A DNA stretch of 64,000 nucleotides from a bacterium (GCA_965219955.1 OZ244799.1:576001-640000), one strand, 5' to 3'. Positions 31,147-41,965 are shown, counted from the first letter of the stretch. Made by a program: numbers and translations. The notes: generated by a model not told the origin, from the sequence alone.

Positions 31147-32096
31147 GGGTCGGGACGGCGGAGGAAGTCATGGCGCTGGAGATGGCGGAAAAGCTCAGAG
31201 GTCTCGATTGCGAGATTCTTTTCGATGAAATGCTGGCCGCATACACCACGTTTCAGGTGGGCGGCCCGGCGGACGCCCTCGCGCTGCCCGAGACGGAAGA
31301 CGAACTGGTTCAATTGATCGAGAGATGCCGGCACGAGGCGTTGGAGGTCACGGTTCTGGGCGGCGGCGCCAACACCCTGGTGCGCGACGGAGGCGTTCGC
31401 GGAGTGGTGGTCGCTTTTCCCAGGGCTTTCAGGGGAATCGAGGTGGTCGAGGAGAGCGCGGAGCGCGTGCTGCTCGAAGCGCGGGCGGGAGAGAAGATTC
31501 CGGCGCTGGTGCGCTTCGCCGCCGAGCGCGGCTGGGCGGGAACCGAATGCCTGGCGGGGGTTCCCGGCACCGTGGGAGGCGCCCTGGCCATGAACGCGGG
31601 AACCGCCGAATCATACATCGAAGACGCCGTGGAGAGCGTTCGCTGGGTGCCTCTGGACGGGGGCGCTCCCGGGCGGCTCCCCGCGAAGGACTTACGTTTC
31701 TCGTACCGGCGCACCGAGCTGCCCGCCCCGGGCGTGGTGTTGGCCGTTCGCTTCTTGCTCCGTCCGGCGGACGCCGGTGCGTTGCGGGAGCAATTGAGGC
31801 GAAGCGCCGTTCAGAGGCGGGAGCGCCAGCCCTGGGGGGTGCCCTGCGCGGGTTCCATATTCAAGAATCCGCCCGGCGAGCGCGCGGGCGTGCTCATCGA
31901 ATCGGCGGGTCTCAAGGGGATGCGCGTCGGCGGCGCGCAGGTGAGCGAGGTGCACGGGAATTTCATGATAAATCTCGGCGGGGCCACGGCGGCGGATGTC
32001 CTGGCGCTCATCGGCGAAGTGCAGAGAACGATTCGGGAGCAAAAGGGCATCGAGTTGACCCTGGAGTTGAACGTCGTCGGGGAGGACCCGGTGTGA
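31143..32096 (+). CDS. murB: UDP-N-acetylenolpyruvoylglucosamine reductase
   Basis: TF.VGG.A, LGGGAN.L, PGTVGGA..MNAG, AGSIFKNP, HGNF. Confidence 0.95.
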   Translation: MRVGTAEEVMALEMAEKLRGLDCEILFDEMLAAYTTFQVGGPADALALPETEDELVQLIERCRHEALEVTVLGGGANTLVRDGGVRGVVVAFPRAFRGIEVVEESAERVLLEARAGEKIPALVRFAAERGWAGTECLAGVPGTVGGALAMNAGTAESYIEDAVESVRWVPLDGGAPGRLPAKDLRFSYRRTELPAPGVVLAVRFLLRPADAGALREQLRRSAVQRRERQPWGVPCAGSIFKNPPGERAGVLIESAGLKGMRVGGAQVSEVHGNFMINLGGATAADVLALIGEVQRTIREQKGIELTLELNVVGEDPV

Positions 32097-33007
32097 GGCG
32101 TTTATCTTTCAAATGGAGAGGGAAGGCCAAGAGCCGGGAGGTTTTCCTGAATCTCGCCCAGACGGCCGAATATCCCGGGGTCGTCAGAAAAAGCGTCAGG
32201 CGGGACGGCAAAAAAAGCGTCAGGCGAAATGACGAAAAGAGAGCCGGCGCAAACTGGCTATGGCCGGCAATCGGGTTTTTGGTCTTCGTAGAGGTGCTTC
32301 TCCTGGGCGGACACGCGGCCCGGTGGGCGAAGAGCAGCAGCCATTTCGAGTTGAGTGAGGTGGTGGTGACGGGACACCGGACGCTTCGGGCCGGAGATAT
32401 CAGAAAACTCGTGGGAGTCGAGCCGGGGACGAACCTGTTCGACGCCGATCTGGCTGCCGTACGCGCGCGGGTGGCCTCCCATCCGTGGATCAAACGCGCA
32501 AGCGTACGCATGCGTCCGCCCCATTTTCTTCAGGTCGACATTCTCGAGCGCAAACCCGCCGTTTTGCTCGTGGATCGCGAGACAATCGCGGTGGATGAGG
32601 AGAACGTCCTGCTCGGCAGGATCAGGAAGCCGATCGCGGGATGCCTGCCCATGGTCGAGGGATTCGAATCGCGGCGTCTGAAGCCTGGCGACGTCGTTCG
32701 CGACCCGCGTCTGGCGCGCTCCATGGAGGCGGTCTTTTTATTCCAGGATTCACCGGTGATTCGCGGCGAGTGCATTTCCGTCCGAAACACCGGATCGGGT
32801 CAACTCCGGCTTCGCACCTCGGGGGGAAAGGTGGAACTTATGGTCAGTGAAGAGAGGATGGAGCGTCAGGCCGGTCGGCTCCGGGCCGTTGCGGATGACG
32901 TTCTCCGCAAGAAGAAATTCGGAGCGGGCGGTCTCCAGTTGGATCTGAGATTTCCCGGCAGGGTTATCGTTCGGCCGCTCGCAAAGGATGGAGGGACTAT
33001 AGGATGA
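32093..33007 (+). CDS. ftsQ: Cell division protein FtsQ/DivIB
   Basis: TM helix, POTRA-like segment (PWIKRASVR...ERKP), C-terminal DLRF; between murB and ftsA. Confidence 0.85.
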   Translation: MRRLSFKWRGKAKSREVFLNLAQTAEYPGVVRKSVRRDGKKSVRRNDEKRAGANWLWPAIGFLVFVEVLLLGGHAARWAKSSSHFELSEVVVTGHRTLRAGDIRKLVGVEPGTNLFDADLAAVRARVASHPWIKRASVRMRPPHFLQVDILERKPAVLLVDRETIAVDEENVLLGRIRKPIAGCLPMVEGFESRRLKPGDVVRDPRLARSMEAVFLFQDSPVIRGECISVRNTGSGQLRLRTSGGKVELMVSEERMERQAGRLRAVADDVLRKKKFGAGGLQLDLRFPGRVIVRPLAKDGGTIG

Positions 33008-34245
33008 GCAAACATGGCGATGTGCTGGTGGGTCTGGACATCGGCACCTCGAAAATCTGCGTGGTCGTGGCCGAGGTGAACGAAGACGGCTCCCTTGAAA
33101 TCGTGGGTTTGGGAAAAACCGCCTCGAAAGGGCTCAACCGGGGCTCGGTGGTGAACATCGATCAGACGGTGGAGTCGGTTCAGACGGCGGTGGGAGAGGC
33201 GGAGTTCATCAGCGGCTCGCCCATCCGGTCCGCATTCGTCGGCGTGGCGGGGGGGCACATCCGCAGCTTCAACACCAACGGAATCGTGGCCATCAAGAAC
33301 AAGATTGTGACGCAGGAGGATATCGATCGCGTCGTCGAGCAGGCGCGCGCGGTCACGATGCCGACGGATCATGAAATCATTCATGTGCTGCCGCAGGAAT
33401 ATATCGTCGACGATCAGGAGGGCGTCACCGAACCCGCGGGCATGGCGGGCGTTCGCCTGGAGTGCAAGGTGCACGTCGTGACGGGCGCGATTCCCGCGAT
33501 CCAGAACATCACCCGCAGCGTCGAGAGGGCGGGCTTGAGCGTCGAGCGCCTGGTGCTTCAGCCTTTCGCCTCCTCCCTGGCCGCGCTGAGCGAAGACGAG
33601 CGCGACCTGGGCGTAGCCATCGTGGACATCGGGAGCGGCACGGCGGACGTCGCCGTCATCAGCGGGGGCGCGCTGCACTATTCGGCCGTCATCCCCGTGG
33701 GCGGCAGCCACATCACGAGGGATATGGCGATAGGATTGCGGACGCCGGACTACCAGGCCGAGAGAATCAAGCAGGAACACGGCTGCGCGCTCGCCGCCCG
33801 CGTATCGAACGATGAGGAGATCGAAGTGCCCAGCGTGGGAGGCCGCCCGCCGCGCGTATTGAGTCGGCAGATGCTCGCCGAGATCATCGAGCCCCGCATG
33901 GAGGAAATTTTGACGCTCATCCGCCGCGAGATACAAAAGAGCGGCATGGAGGATCTCCTGCCCGCCGGCGTGGTGCTCACGGGCGGGGCGAGCATCATCG
34001 AGGGCGCCGACGAACTGGCCGAGAACGTGCTTCAGCTTCCGGTGAGGCTGGGCGTTCCCGGCGGCATCAGCGGGCTGGTGGATATGGTCAACGGACCCAT
34101 GTACTCCACCGGCGTGGGCCTCGTGATGTATGCCATGAAAACGGGCGCCCCGCGGCGCCGCGGTCTCACGAACGGGGTGTCGCACGGCCCCATTCGACAA
34201 ACAACGCAAAAAATCCGCCATGTTTTGGCTAGTGTATTCAAATGA
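33004..34245 (+). CDS. ftsA: Cell division protein FtsA
   Basis: GLDIGTSKI, DIGSGT, GGSHIT.D, VLTGG. Confidence 0.96.
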   Translation: MSKHGDVLVGLDIGTSKICVVVAEVNEDGSLEIVGLGKTASKGLNRGSVVNIDQTVESVQTAVGEAEFISGSPIRSAFVGVAGGHIRSFNTNGIVAIKNKIVTQEDIDRVVEQARAVTMPTDHEIIHVLPQEYIVDDQEGVTEPAGMAGVRLECKVHVVTGAIPAIQNITRSVERAGLSVERLVLQPFASSLAALSEDERDLGVAIVDIGSGTADVAVISGGALHYSAVIPVGGSHITRDMAIGLRTPDYQAERIKQEHGCALAARVSNDEEIEVPSVGGRPPRVLSRQMLAEIIEPRMEEILTLIRREIQKSGMEDLLPAGVVLTGGASIIEGADELAENVLQLPVRLGVPGGISGLVDMVNGPMYSTGVGLVMYAMKTGAPRRRGLTNGVSHGPIRQTTQKIRHVLASVFK

Positions 34246-34293
34246 TCGCAAGGGGAGGCGTGAGGCGCTTCCCGGGATCAAAGGGGGGGAACA

Positions 34294-35442
34294 ATGAGTG
34301 ATACGACGTTTTTCACACTGGATCAGGAGCCGCCGTGCAGCGCGAGGATCGCAGTCGTCGGCGTAGGAGGGGGCGGCGGCAATGCCGTCAACACCATGAT
34401 TTCCGCGGGTATGGAGGGTGTGGATTTCGTGGCCGCGAACACGGACGCCCAGGTTTTGGAGCGCTCCCTCGCGTCCTTGAAAATTCAGCTCGGACAGGAA
34501 TTGACGAACGGACTGGGGGCCGGCGGAAACCCGGATATCGGCCGGAAAGCCGCCCTGGAGGACACCGAGCGTCTCTCCGAATTCATGCACAGCCTCGAGA
34601 TGGTGTTCGTCACCGCGGGCATGGGCGGCGGCACGGGCACGGGCGCCGCTCCCGTCATCGCGCGGATCGCGAAAGAGGCGGGCGTGCTGACGGTGGGCGT
34701 CGTCACCAAGCCGTTCGAGTTCGAGGGTCCGCGCCGGATGAGCCAGGCCGACGAGGGGATCGACGAGTTGCGCGACGCCGTGAACACGCTCATCACCATC
34801 CCCAACCAGCGCCTGCTGGGAATGGTCGAGCGCTCCACGCCGATGATGGAGGCTTTCCAGAAGGCGAACAACGTCTTGTTGCGGGCGTGCAAGGGAATCG
34901 CCGACCTCATCACCACGCCCGGCCTGATCAATCTCGATTTCGCCGACGTGCGCACCATCATGCGCGACATGGGCGGCAAGGCGCTGATGGGCAGCGGTAC
35001 GGGCCAGGGGGAGAACCGGGCCGTCATCGCCGCGCAAAACGCCATCAACTCCCCGTTGCTCGAGGAGGGGACCATCGAGGGTTCCCGGGGCGTGCTCATC
35101 AACATCACGGGCGGAAAGGACCTTTCCCTGTTCGAAGTGAACGAGGCCTGCAAACTCGTCCATGAAAAAGCGCACCAGGATGCCAACATCATTTTCGGCT
35201 CGGTGATTGACGCGAACATGGACAACCAGATTCGCGTGACCGTTATCGCGACGGGCTTCGGGCGGGAATCGATTCGCGAGGTTCCCCCTCTGGAATCGGA
35301 AGCCACGGGCACCGAGGGCGGAAAAATATCGGTTCCCGCGTATATCCGGCTGAAAAACAACAAGACGCAATCCGGCATGCCGGACAACCTGGAGGATGAC
35401 GATCTGGACGTGCCCACTTTCCTGCGCAAGCAGGTGGACTAA
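34294..35442 (+). CDS. ftsZ: Cell division protein FtsZ
   Basis: [24 protein letters not shown]-terminal DVPTFLRK. Confidence 0.98.
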   Translation: MSDTTFFTLDQEPPCSARIAVVGVGGGGGNAVNTMISAGMEGVDFVAANTDAQVLERSLASLKIQLGQELTNGLGAGGNPDIGRKAALEDTERLSEFMHSLEMVFVTAGMGGGTGTGAAPVIARIAKEAGVLTVGVVTKPFEFEGPRRMSQADEGIDELRDAVNTLITIPNQRLLGMVERSTPMMEAFQKANNVLLRACKGIADLITTPGLINLDFADVRTIMRDMGGKALMGSGTGQGENRAVIAAQNAINSPLLEEGTIEGSRGVLINITGGKDLSLFEVNEACKLVHEKAHQDANIIFGSVIDANMDNQIRVTVIATGFGRESIREVPPLESEATGTEGGKISVPAYIRLKNNKTQSGMPDNLEDDDLDVPTFLRKQVD

Positions 35443-35655
35443 TCTCCCCACGTCGTTCGGTCGAGGGGGCCTCTCTCGCGCCTGACGACGCATTCCCCAT
35501 AGACGCGTCTGGGGGAGAGCATTCTCCCCCAGCCCCGCCTCTCCTGAGGGGATGGGCCTGTTTCTTGTAGCGCCACGGACCTCTCTTTATAATGAGAGGC
35601 GGGCGGAGAGGTTTCACACAGAGGTGTTCGATGATTTCCCGTCGTCCGGGATGGG

Positions 35656-36459
35656 TTGCGGATGAATTCTCTGGAGCGTCAAGAATCCGGCGGCGTTGAA
35701 TTTCTCAGCTCACCCTTGCTGGAAGAACTCGGTTTCCTGCGTCACGGGTTCAGCACCCGGAGAGGCGGGACGAGCGAGGGCCGCTTCCGATCGCTCAATC
35801 TCGGGCGCGCCAGGGGTGAAGTTCCCGAAAACGTCGCGGAAAACAGGAGGCGCTTTTTCGATGCCGTCGATTTTCCGCCGGGACGCCTGGTGGAGGTAAA
35901 ACAGGTGCACGGGTGCGATGTTCTCGTGGCCGAGCGCATCTCCCCTGAAGAAAAAGCGTGCGGCGACGCCCTGATCACGAATGTCCCGGGCCTGGGTGTA
36001 GCGGTTCAGACGGCGGATTGCATTCCCATGCTCATCGCAGACGCGCGGAAAATGGCCGTCGCCGCCGTGCATGCGGGACGCAAGGGGATGGCCGGCGGCG
36101 TCTTGCCCGCGACGATCGAGCGGATGAAAGAGGAATACGGCTGTGACCCCGTGGACATGCGGGCCGCTCTCGGCCCCGCCATTTCCGGGGGTTGCTACGA
36201 GGTGGGTGAGGAGTGCCTGCCGTCTTTTCGCGAACGGCACCATAACTGGAGAGATTTCACCACCCACCTGGGGCGGGACAAGTGGCTGCTGGACCTTCCC
36301 CTGGCGGCGAGGCTTCAGTTGGTCTCGGCGGGGATTCCGGAAAACCGGATTGGCGCGCCGGGGCCTTGCACGTACTCTGAATCATCGGCGTTTTTTTCCT
36401 ACCGCCGGGACGGGCCGCCCACGGGGAGGCTGCTCTCGGCGATATGGATAAGAGCCTGA
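35656..36459 (+). CDS. pgeF: PgeF/YfiH family (peptidoglycan editing factor/purine nucleoside phosphorylase)
   Basis: FSTR.GG.S, SLNLG, QVHG, TADC.P, HAG..G, FFSYRRD. Confidence 0.92.
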   Translation: MRMNSLERQESGGVEFLSSPLLEELGFLRHGFSTRRGGTSEGRFRSLNLGRARGEVPENVAENRRRFFDAVDFPPGRLVEVKQVHGCDVLVAERISPEEKACGDALITNVPGLGVAVQTADCIPMLIADARKMAVAAVHAGRKGMAGGVLPATIERMKEEYGCDPVDMRAALGPAISGGCYEVGEECLPSFRERHHNWRDFTTHLGRDKWLLDLPLAARLQLVSAGIPENRIGAPGPCTYSESSAFFSYRRDGPPTGRLLSAIWIRA

Positions 36460-36469
36460 GAGGGATACG

Positions 36470-37174
36470 GTGAGCATGATCGGGCAGCGATACGAGACGG
36501 TGAAGGGGCGCGTGGCGGATGCCGCCCGCGCCTGCGGCCGGGAGCCGGATGAAATTCGCCTTCTGGCCGTGAGCAAGACCCAGCCCCCCGAGCGCATCGT
36601 CGAGGCCATCGAGGCGGGCGTCGACATCATCGGGGAGAACCGGGTGCAGGAAGCCCAGGGCAAAAGGGACGAGATAGACCCCGAAATCGCGGGCAGGGCG
36701 AGGTGGCACCTCATCGGCAGCCTGCAAAGGAACAAGGCCCGCGCCGTGCCCGGGCTGTTCGATGTGGTGGAATCCGTCGATTCCCTCGCCCTGGCGCGTG
36801 AGTTGAACAAGCGCGTGAACGCCGCGGGGGGAGACCCCCTGGACGTGTTCATCCAGGTCAATACCGGAGAAGAAGCCCAGAAGGGCGGGGTTGCCCCGGG
36901 GGATGCGGTGACGCTCGTGCGGGAAGCCTCCGGGCTGGAAGCTTTACGGGTCGTCGGCTTGATGTGCATCCCGCCCCTGGGACGGGAGGCGAAGGAGAGC
37001 CGCCCCCATTTCCAGTTGTTGAGGAAGCTGAGGGATGAGGCGCAAGACGCCGGGTACTCGCACGTCCGGGAGCTGTCGATGGGCATGTCGAACGACTTCG
37101 AAGTCGCGGTAGCCGAGGGAGCGACGCTCGTCCGCATCGGCACGGCCATTTTCGGGCCGAGGGGAACGAACTGA
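36470..37174 (+). CDS. yggS: PLP homeostasis protein YggS
   Basis: LAVSKT, GENRVQE, WHLIGSLQRNK, LSMGMSND, VRIGTAIFG. Confidence 0.95.
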   Translation: MSMIGQRYETVKGRVADAARACGREPDEIRLLAVSKTQPPERIVEAIEAGVDIIGENRVQEAQGKRDEIDPEIAGRARWHLIGSLQRNKARAVPGLFDVVESVDSLALARELNKRVNAAGGDPLDVFIQVNTGEEAQKGGVAPGDAVTLVREASGLEALRVVGLMCIPPLGREAKESRPHFQLLRKLRDEAQDAGYSHVRELSMGMSNDFEVAVAEGATLVRIGTAIFGPRGTN

Positions 37175-37267
37175 GGGGAATTTGAATCAGGCCAATCATT
37201 TCAGTAGGATGGGCTGGTTCCGGCGTTCGGAGCGGTTTCGGGCTCACATGCGAAAGGTGCTTGGATC

Positions 37268-38074
37268 ATGGCGGAAATCCTTCTAATCGGTGGCGGGAAC
37301 ATGGGCGAAGCGCTCGCCATGGGCATGGTGAATTCCGCCTATGCGAAAGTAGGCGAGGTCGTCATCGCGGAACCCCTGGCGGAGCGCGCCGAATATCTCA
37401 GGCAATCCTCGGGGTTTCAGGTCGTGTCCGACGGGGCCGAAGCCGCTCCCGAGGCGCAAAAGGTCGTCATCGCCGTGAAGCCCCAGGTGCTGGACGCCGT
37501 TCTGGGTGGGCTGAAACACGCCCTGGCGCACCGCCCGCTCCTGATTTCCGTCGTCGCGGGCGCGCCCACGGGCCGGTTCACGGGGATTCTGGGCGAAGAG
37601 GCGCGCGTCGTCCGCGTCATGCCGAACACGCCCGCCCTCGTGGGGGAAGGCGCCGCGGGGCTTTGCGCGGGCGGAGGAGCGTCGGAGGCGGATTTGTCGC
37701 AAGCGAAACAGCTTCTGGAATCCGTCGGCAAGGCGGTGATTCTGCCCGAATCGCTGATGGACGCCGTAACGGGCTTGTCGGGCAGCGGCCCCGCGTATGT
37801 CTTCCAGTTCATCGAGGCGCTGGCGGACGGCGGGGTGAGGGCGGGCCTGCCGCGTGAGGAGGCGATGCTGCTGGCGGCCCAGACCGTTCTGGGCTCCGCG
37901 CGGATGCTCATCGAGACGGGAGAGCATCCGGGCCGCTTGAAGGACATGGTGGCCTCGCCCGGGGGAACGACCATCGCCGGTTTGCACGCGCTCGAAAACG
38001 GCGGGCTGCGCTCCGCCGTCATGAACGCCGTGAGCGCCGCCGCGCGCAGGAGCGAGGAGTTGGGCCGTGGCTAG
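37268..38074 (+). CDS. proC: Pyrroline-5-carboxylate reductase
   Basis: IGGGNMG, AVKPQ, RVMPNTP, SGSGPAY, SPGGTT. Confidence 0.96.
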   Translation: MAEILLIGGGNMGEALAMGMVNSAYAKVGEVVIAEPLAERAEYLRQSSGFQVVSDGAEAAPEAQKVVIAVKPQVLDAVLGGLKHALAHRPLLISVVAGAPTGRFTGILGEEARVVRVMPNTPALVGEGAAGLCAGGGASEADLSQAKQLLESVGKAVILPESLMDAVTGLSGSGPAYVFQFIEALADGGVRAGLPREEAMLLAAQTVLGSARMLIETGEHPGRLKDMVASPGGTTIAGLHALENGGLRSAVMNAVSAAARRSEELGRG

Positions 38075-38101
38075 CCCGTTTCTCCAAACGAGGGTTCGGC
38101 C

Positions 38102-38398
38102 GTGTTTCTGATATCGAATTTCATGAACGGGATCGGCGTGATCCTCAGCTATCTGCTGACCATCTACATCTGGATCATCATCATCCGCGCGCTCTTGTCG
38201 TGGGTGAACCCGGACCCCTACAACCCGATAGTCCAGATACTGTACCGTCTGACGGAGCCGGTGCTGGCGCCCGTGCGCTACCGGATGCCGGACATCGGAG
38301 GCATCGATGCGAGTCCGATTGTGGTATTGTTGATCATATTCTTTTTGCAAAGTTTTCTGGTTCAGAGTATTTTTGACCTGGCAAGCATGCTGCGTTGA
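38102..38398 (+). CDS. yggT: YggT family membrane protein
   Basis: LSWV.PDPYNP, TEPVL.P.R, D.SP. Confidence 0.92.
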   Translation: MFLISNFMNGIGVILSYLLTIYIWIIIIRALLSWVNPDPYNPIVQILYRLTEPVLAPVRYRMPDIGGIDASPIVVLLIIFFLQSFLVQSIFDLASMLR

Positions 38399-38419
38399 TT
38401 TTCACCCGGGGAGCCTGCG

Positions 38420-38998
38420 ATGAAGTTCAGCGGCAACGACGTTCGAAGCCATAGTTTTTCGAGCAAGATGCGGGGCTACGATCGTCTCGAGGTCGATGCC
38501 TTCCTGTTCAAGGTGGCCGACTGGCTGGATCAGTCGGTGCGGAAGAACGAACAGCTCAGCCTGCAATGCAAGGACCTGTTCGATCAATACAACAGGTTGA
38601 GAGAAGAGCACGCCAATCTGCAGAAAATCCTCATCTCCGTGAATGAGCTCAGGGATCAGGCCACGGCCAAATCCGACGAATTGGTGGAAAAAGCGGAAAC
38701 CGACGCCGAAGAGACGATCAGGAAGGCCGAAGCCGAGGCGGAGGGGATTCGCGCGAAAGCCGAAAAAGATACCGAAAAGCTGCGCGAGGAGATAGAGGGA
38801 TTAACAACGCAGAGGGATAAGATACTTACCGATTTGTACGAGACGTTTCTCTCCCAGATGCGAACCCTCGAAACCGAGGGCGTCCGCATGGGGGTCGACC
38901 TCGCCCGCCTCCTTGACGAGGAAAGCGAAGAAGTTGCTGATGAGGAAAGCGAAAACGTCATCAAGTTGAACCAGAAAGCGGAGGGTGATGCGTCGTGA
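38420..38998 (+). CDS. divIVA: DivIVA domain protein
   Basis: F...RGYD..EVD.FL N-terminal motif followed by a coiled coil. Confidence 0.85.
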   Translation: MKFSGNDVRSHSFSSKMRGYDRLEVDAFLFKVADWLDQSVRKNEQLSLQCKDLFDQYNRLREEHANLQKILISVNELRDQATAKSDELVEKAETDAEETIRKAEAEAEGIRAKAEKDTEKLREEIEGLTTQRDKILTDLYETFLSQMRTLETEGVRMGVDLARLLDEESEEVADEESENVIKLNQKAEGDAS

Positions 38999-39288
38999 TC
39001 GGCCTCCGCGAGGAGGCGGACGGCGTCAGCTTTGAGGTTCGGGTCCAGCCGCGTTCATCCAAAACGGAAATCAGCGGAATTCAAGACGGCATCCTGCGGG
39101 TGCGGCTGACTTCGCCGCCCGTCGACGGGGCCGCCAACAGGCAGTGCATCGAGTTGCTCTCCCGGAAAATGAAGATACCAAAGCGCGCCATACGAATCGC
39201 CTCGGGCGAAAAAGCGCGCCGCAAGCGCCTGAAAATTTTGGGCCTGGGCGTCGAGGAGATGAAAAACATCCTGAACGGCCTGGCATAG
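38995..39288 (+). CDS. yggU: DUF167/YggU family protein
   Basis: V.VQPRSS, PPVDGAAN, G...R.K. Confidence 0.88.
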   Translation: MIGLREEADGVSFEVRVQPRSSKTEISGIQDGILRVRLTSPPVDGAANRQCIELLSRKMKIPKRAIRIASGEKARRKRLKILGLGVEEMKNILNGLA

Positions 39289-39313
39289 GGAACCATGCCC
39301 TTCGCGCGTAACC

Positions 39314-40390
39314 ATGAACGAGAGAATCCGGATGGGCGGCAAAAAAGAGATTGAGGGAAATTTTCACCACATCGCGTTTCGAGACGGCGCGCTCGTGCTT
39401 CTCGATCAGCGGAAACTTCCCCGCGAAGAGGTGTATCTCGAATGCCGCACGGAAGACGAGGCGGCCGAGGCCGTCAAGACCATGGTGGTGCGCGGCGCGC
39501 CCGCCATCGGGATAGCGGCGGGCTACGGCATGGCCCTGGCCGCCGCCCGCCATGCGGAATCGGGCTCCGGTGCGCAGCGCGAGGCGCTCGAACGGGCGGC
39601 CCGGGTGCTGGGCGCCACGCGCCCCACGGCGGTGAATCTTTTCTGGGCGATCGAAAAAATGATGGCGCACGTCGACAAAAGCGCCTCCGGGCCCGAAGCG
39701 CTGGCCGAAGAACTCCTCCACCTGGCCGAGGCGATGCGCAAAGAGGACGCCGCGGTTTGCCGCCGGATAGGCGACCTGGGCGCAGAGCTACTGCCGAAGG
39801 GGAGCAGCGTTCTCACGCACTGTAACGCGGGCGCGCTGGCGACCGCAGGCTACGGCACGGCGGGCGGCGTGATTCGCAGCGGCTTCCGGGACGGGCGGGT
39901 GCGGGAGGTTTTCGTGGACGAGACGAGGCCCTTCCTGCAGGGAGCGCGCCTCACCGCTTGGGAGTTGAGCCGCGACGGCATTCCCGTCGTGCTCATCACC
40001 GACAACATGGCCGCGCACTGCATGCGCCTGGGGAGGATCGGCGCGATCGTCGTGGGCGCCGACCGCGTGGCCGCCAACGGGGACGTCGCCAATAAAATCG
40101 GCACTTACGGCCTCGCGGTGCTCGCGAGAGAGCACGGGGTGCCCTTTTATGTGGCGGCGCCGACGAGCACCATCGACATGGAGGCGAAAAGCGGCGCGGA
40201 CATTCCCATCGAGGAGCGCCCCGGGGAGGAGGTCCGCTCCTTCGGCGGCGTGCCCGTCGCGCCGGAGGAGGTTCGCGTGTTCAACCCCGCGTTCGACGTG
40301 ACGCCCGCGCGCTTCGTGGACGCCCTGGTGACGGAGCGGGGATTGGTTCGCCTCGCCGAAGGGGAGTCTCTCGGCTCGATCCCGGGTTGA
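39314..40390 (+). CDS. mtnA: S-methyl-5-thioribose-1-phosphate isomerase
   Basis: LDQRKLP, VRGAPAIG, RPTAVNL, THCNAGALAT, ETRP.LQGARLT, NKIGTY. Confidence 0.95.
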   Translation: MNERIRMGGKKEIEGNFHHIAFRDGALVLLDQRKLPREEVYLECRTEDEAAEAVKTMVVRGAPAIGIAAGYGMALAAARHAESGSGAQREALERAARVLGATRPTAVNLFWAIEKMMAHVDKSASGPEALAEELLHLAEAMRKEDAAVCRRIGDLGAELLPKGSSVLTHCNAGALATAGYGTAGGVIRSGFRDGRVREVFVDETRPFLQGARLTAWELSRDGIPVVLITDNMAAHCMRLGRIGAIVVGADRVAANGDVANKIGTYGLAVLAREHGVPFYVAAPTSTIDMEAKSGADIPIEERPGEEVRSFGGVPVAPEEVRVFNPAFDVTPARFVDALVTERGLVRLAEGESLGSIPG

Positions 40391-40522
40391 ACGGCTTCTC
40401 CTCGTACGGAGGGGTGATGATTGCCGTTTCAAAGCGGGATGTAGTCTTCTCGTGTTGACTTACGCCCCGAGAGCGGGCTATAAACCGACATTCTTCGGGC
40501 GGTTTTGAAGAGTTTTTTCATG

Positions 40523-40600
40523 GGGGCTGTAGCGAAGTTTGGTTATCGCGCTGGCCTGTCAAGCCAGAGATCGCGGGTTCGAGTCCCGTCAGCCCCGCCA
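40523..40600 (+). tRNA. tRNA-Asp(GTC)
   Basis: GGGGCTG/CAGCCCC acceptor stem, anticodon arm CTGGC-CTGTCAA-GCCAG, GGTTCGAGTCC, CCA; upstream TTGACT..TATAAA. Confidence 0.95.
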
Positions 40601-40916
40601 CTTTTTACCGCCGCCCAGAATCTCTGTTTTTCTTGAGTTTGCGGGAGAAGATGCCGCTCCGCCTTGTCCCGGCGTCAGAGATTGGGTGAGCTTTGGTTTC
40701 CGGCGGAAGTTTGTCGTATAATGAATTTTAATGCTTAGAATTTATTTTTATTGATATAAGAAATTTCGCTTTCCTACATCGTAAGCGAATCTTTCTCAGT
40801 CTATGGGCGTAGGGCTTGATCAGGCCGAAGATGGACCGGCGTGGCGGGCTTTGCGTCTTTTCACGATTCCTTGGGCCGTCTCAAGGAAGTCTTCATCCAC
40901 TTCGAGGAGAAACGGA

Positions 40917-41906
40917 ATGAAAAGGTTTATCGGTTTCGCACTGGCCGCCGCGTTCGTTGCAGGTACGTTCGTGGTGGTCGCACCGGCCGAATCGGAGACG
41001 CTGCGAATCGGCGCGCACCGCTCCATGTGGGGTTCTTTCGAGATCATCGCCGACCGCATGGGCTACTGGAAGAAGGAAGGGCTGAAATACACAGTCGGCC
41101 ACTTCAAGCAGGGCAAACTGATGCGCAACGCCATCATCCAGAACAACCTGGACACCGGCACCACGGGCTTCTCGCCCTTCACCACGGCGATCGCCAAAGG
41201 CGCCAAGGTAACGGCCATCGGCGTCACGGCGAACATTTGCGCCGCCATCAACATCATCGTGCCCGCGAAATCCAAGGCGAAGAGCCTGAAAGATCTCAAA
41301 GGCTCGGTTTTCGCCAACAAGAAGGGCACGAGCACGGACTTCGCGTTCCAGTCCTACGTCGTTCCCGCGTATGGCCTGAAAAGTTCGGATTTCCCGCTTC
41401 TTAGCGTCCGCGCCACAGAGCGCATCGCAGCGCTTCTCTCCGGCGCCGCCAAGGCGGCCATGGTGGGTGAGCCGCAGGGTGAAATCGCCCGCGAGGCCGG
41501 CTACATCCGCTATCTCGAGAATCTCTGCAAGTACGACAACACGAGCATGATGCACGTGGGCAACCCGCAGACCCTCAAAAAACACCCCGGTCTCATCCAC
41601 AAATACTTCAAGGGCTGGCTGAAGGCGCACCAGTTGCTGAAGAACGACGTCAAAAAGTACGCCACGGTCTACACCAAGGCCCTGAACGAGGTGGGCGACA
41701 AGGCCAAGGTGAGCATCACGCTCAAAGCCATCAAAAAGCTCAAGACCGAGGTTTTCATCACCGATCGGGTGAAGAACTACCTGAACGACATGGGCGACAA
41801 GCAGATCAAGCTCGGCTGGATCAAGAGCCGCCCCGACTTCACCAAGAGTCCGTTCATCGATGATTCCATCCTCCGCAAGGCCGCGAAGGACATCGGCTTC
41901 AACTAG
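40917..41906 (+). CDS. ABC transporter substrate-binding protein (SsuA/TauA/NMT1-like), copy 1
   Basis: Signal peptide, KSLKDLKG and AL.SG..A...EP patterns; NitT/TauT-type transporter nearby. Confidence 0.8.
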   Translation: MKRFIGFALAAAFVAGTFVVVAPAESETLRIGAHRSMWGSFEIIADRMGYWKKEGLKYTVGHFKQGKLMRNAIIQNNLDTGTTGFSPFTTAIAKGAKVTAIGVTANICAAINIIVPAKSKAKSLKDLKGSVFANKKGTSTDFAFQSYVVPAYGLKSSDFPLLSVRATERIAALLSGAAKAAMVGEPQGEIAREAGYIRYLENLCKYDNTSMMHVGNPQTLKKHPGLIHKYFKGWLKAHQLLKNDVKKYATVYTKALNEVGDKAKVSITLKAIKKLKTEVFITDRVKNYLNDMGDKQIKLGWIKSRPDFTKSPFIDDSILRKAAKDIGFN

Positions 41907-41929
41907 ACGATCACGCAATACGCAAAACG

Positions 41930-41965
41930 AAAACCCCCGGGAGTTTGCTCCCGGGGGTTTTTTTG
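41930..41965 (+). terminator. Intrinsic terminator
   Basis: AAAACCCCCGGGAG-TTTG-CTCCCGGGGG followed by a T run. Confidence 0.85.

Noticed and set aside
35443-35655. Structured region after ftsZ as an ncRNA
   Set aside because: Several weak hairpins and a TATAAT but no recognisable RNA family; likely terminator and promoter sequence.
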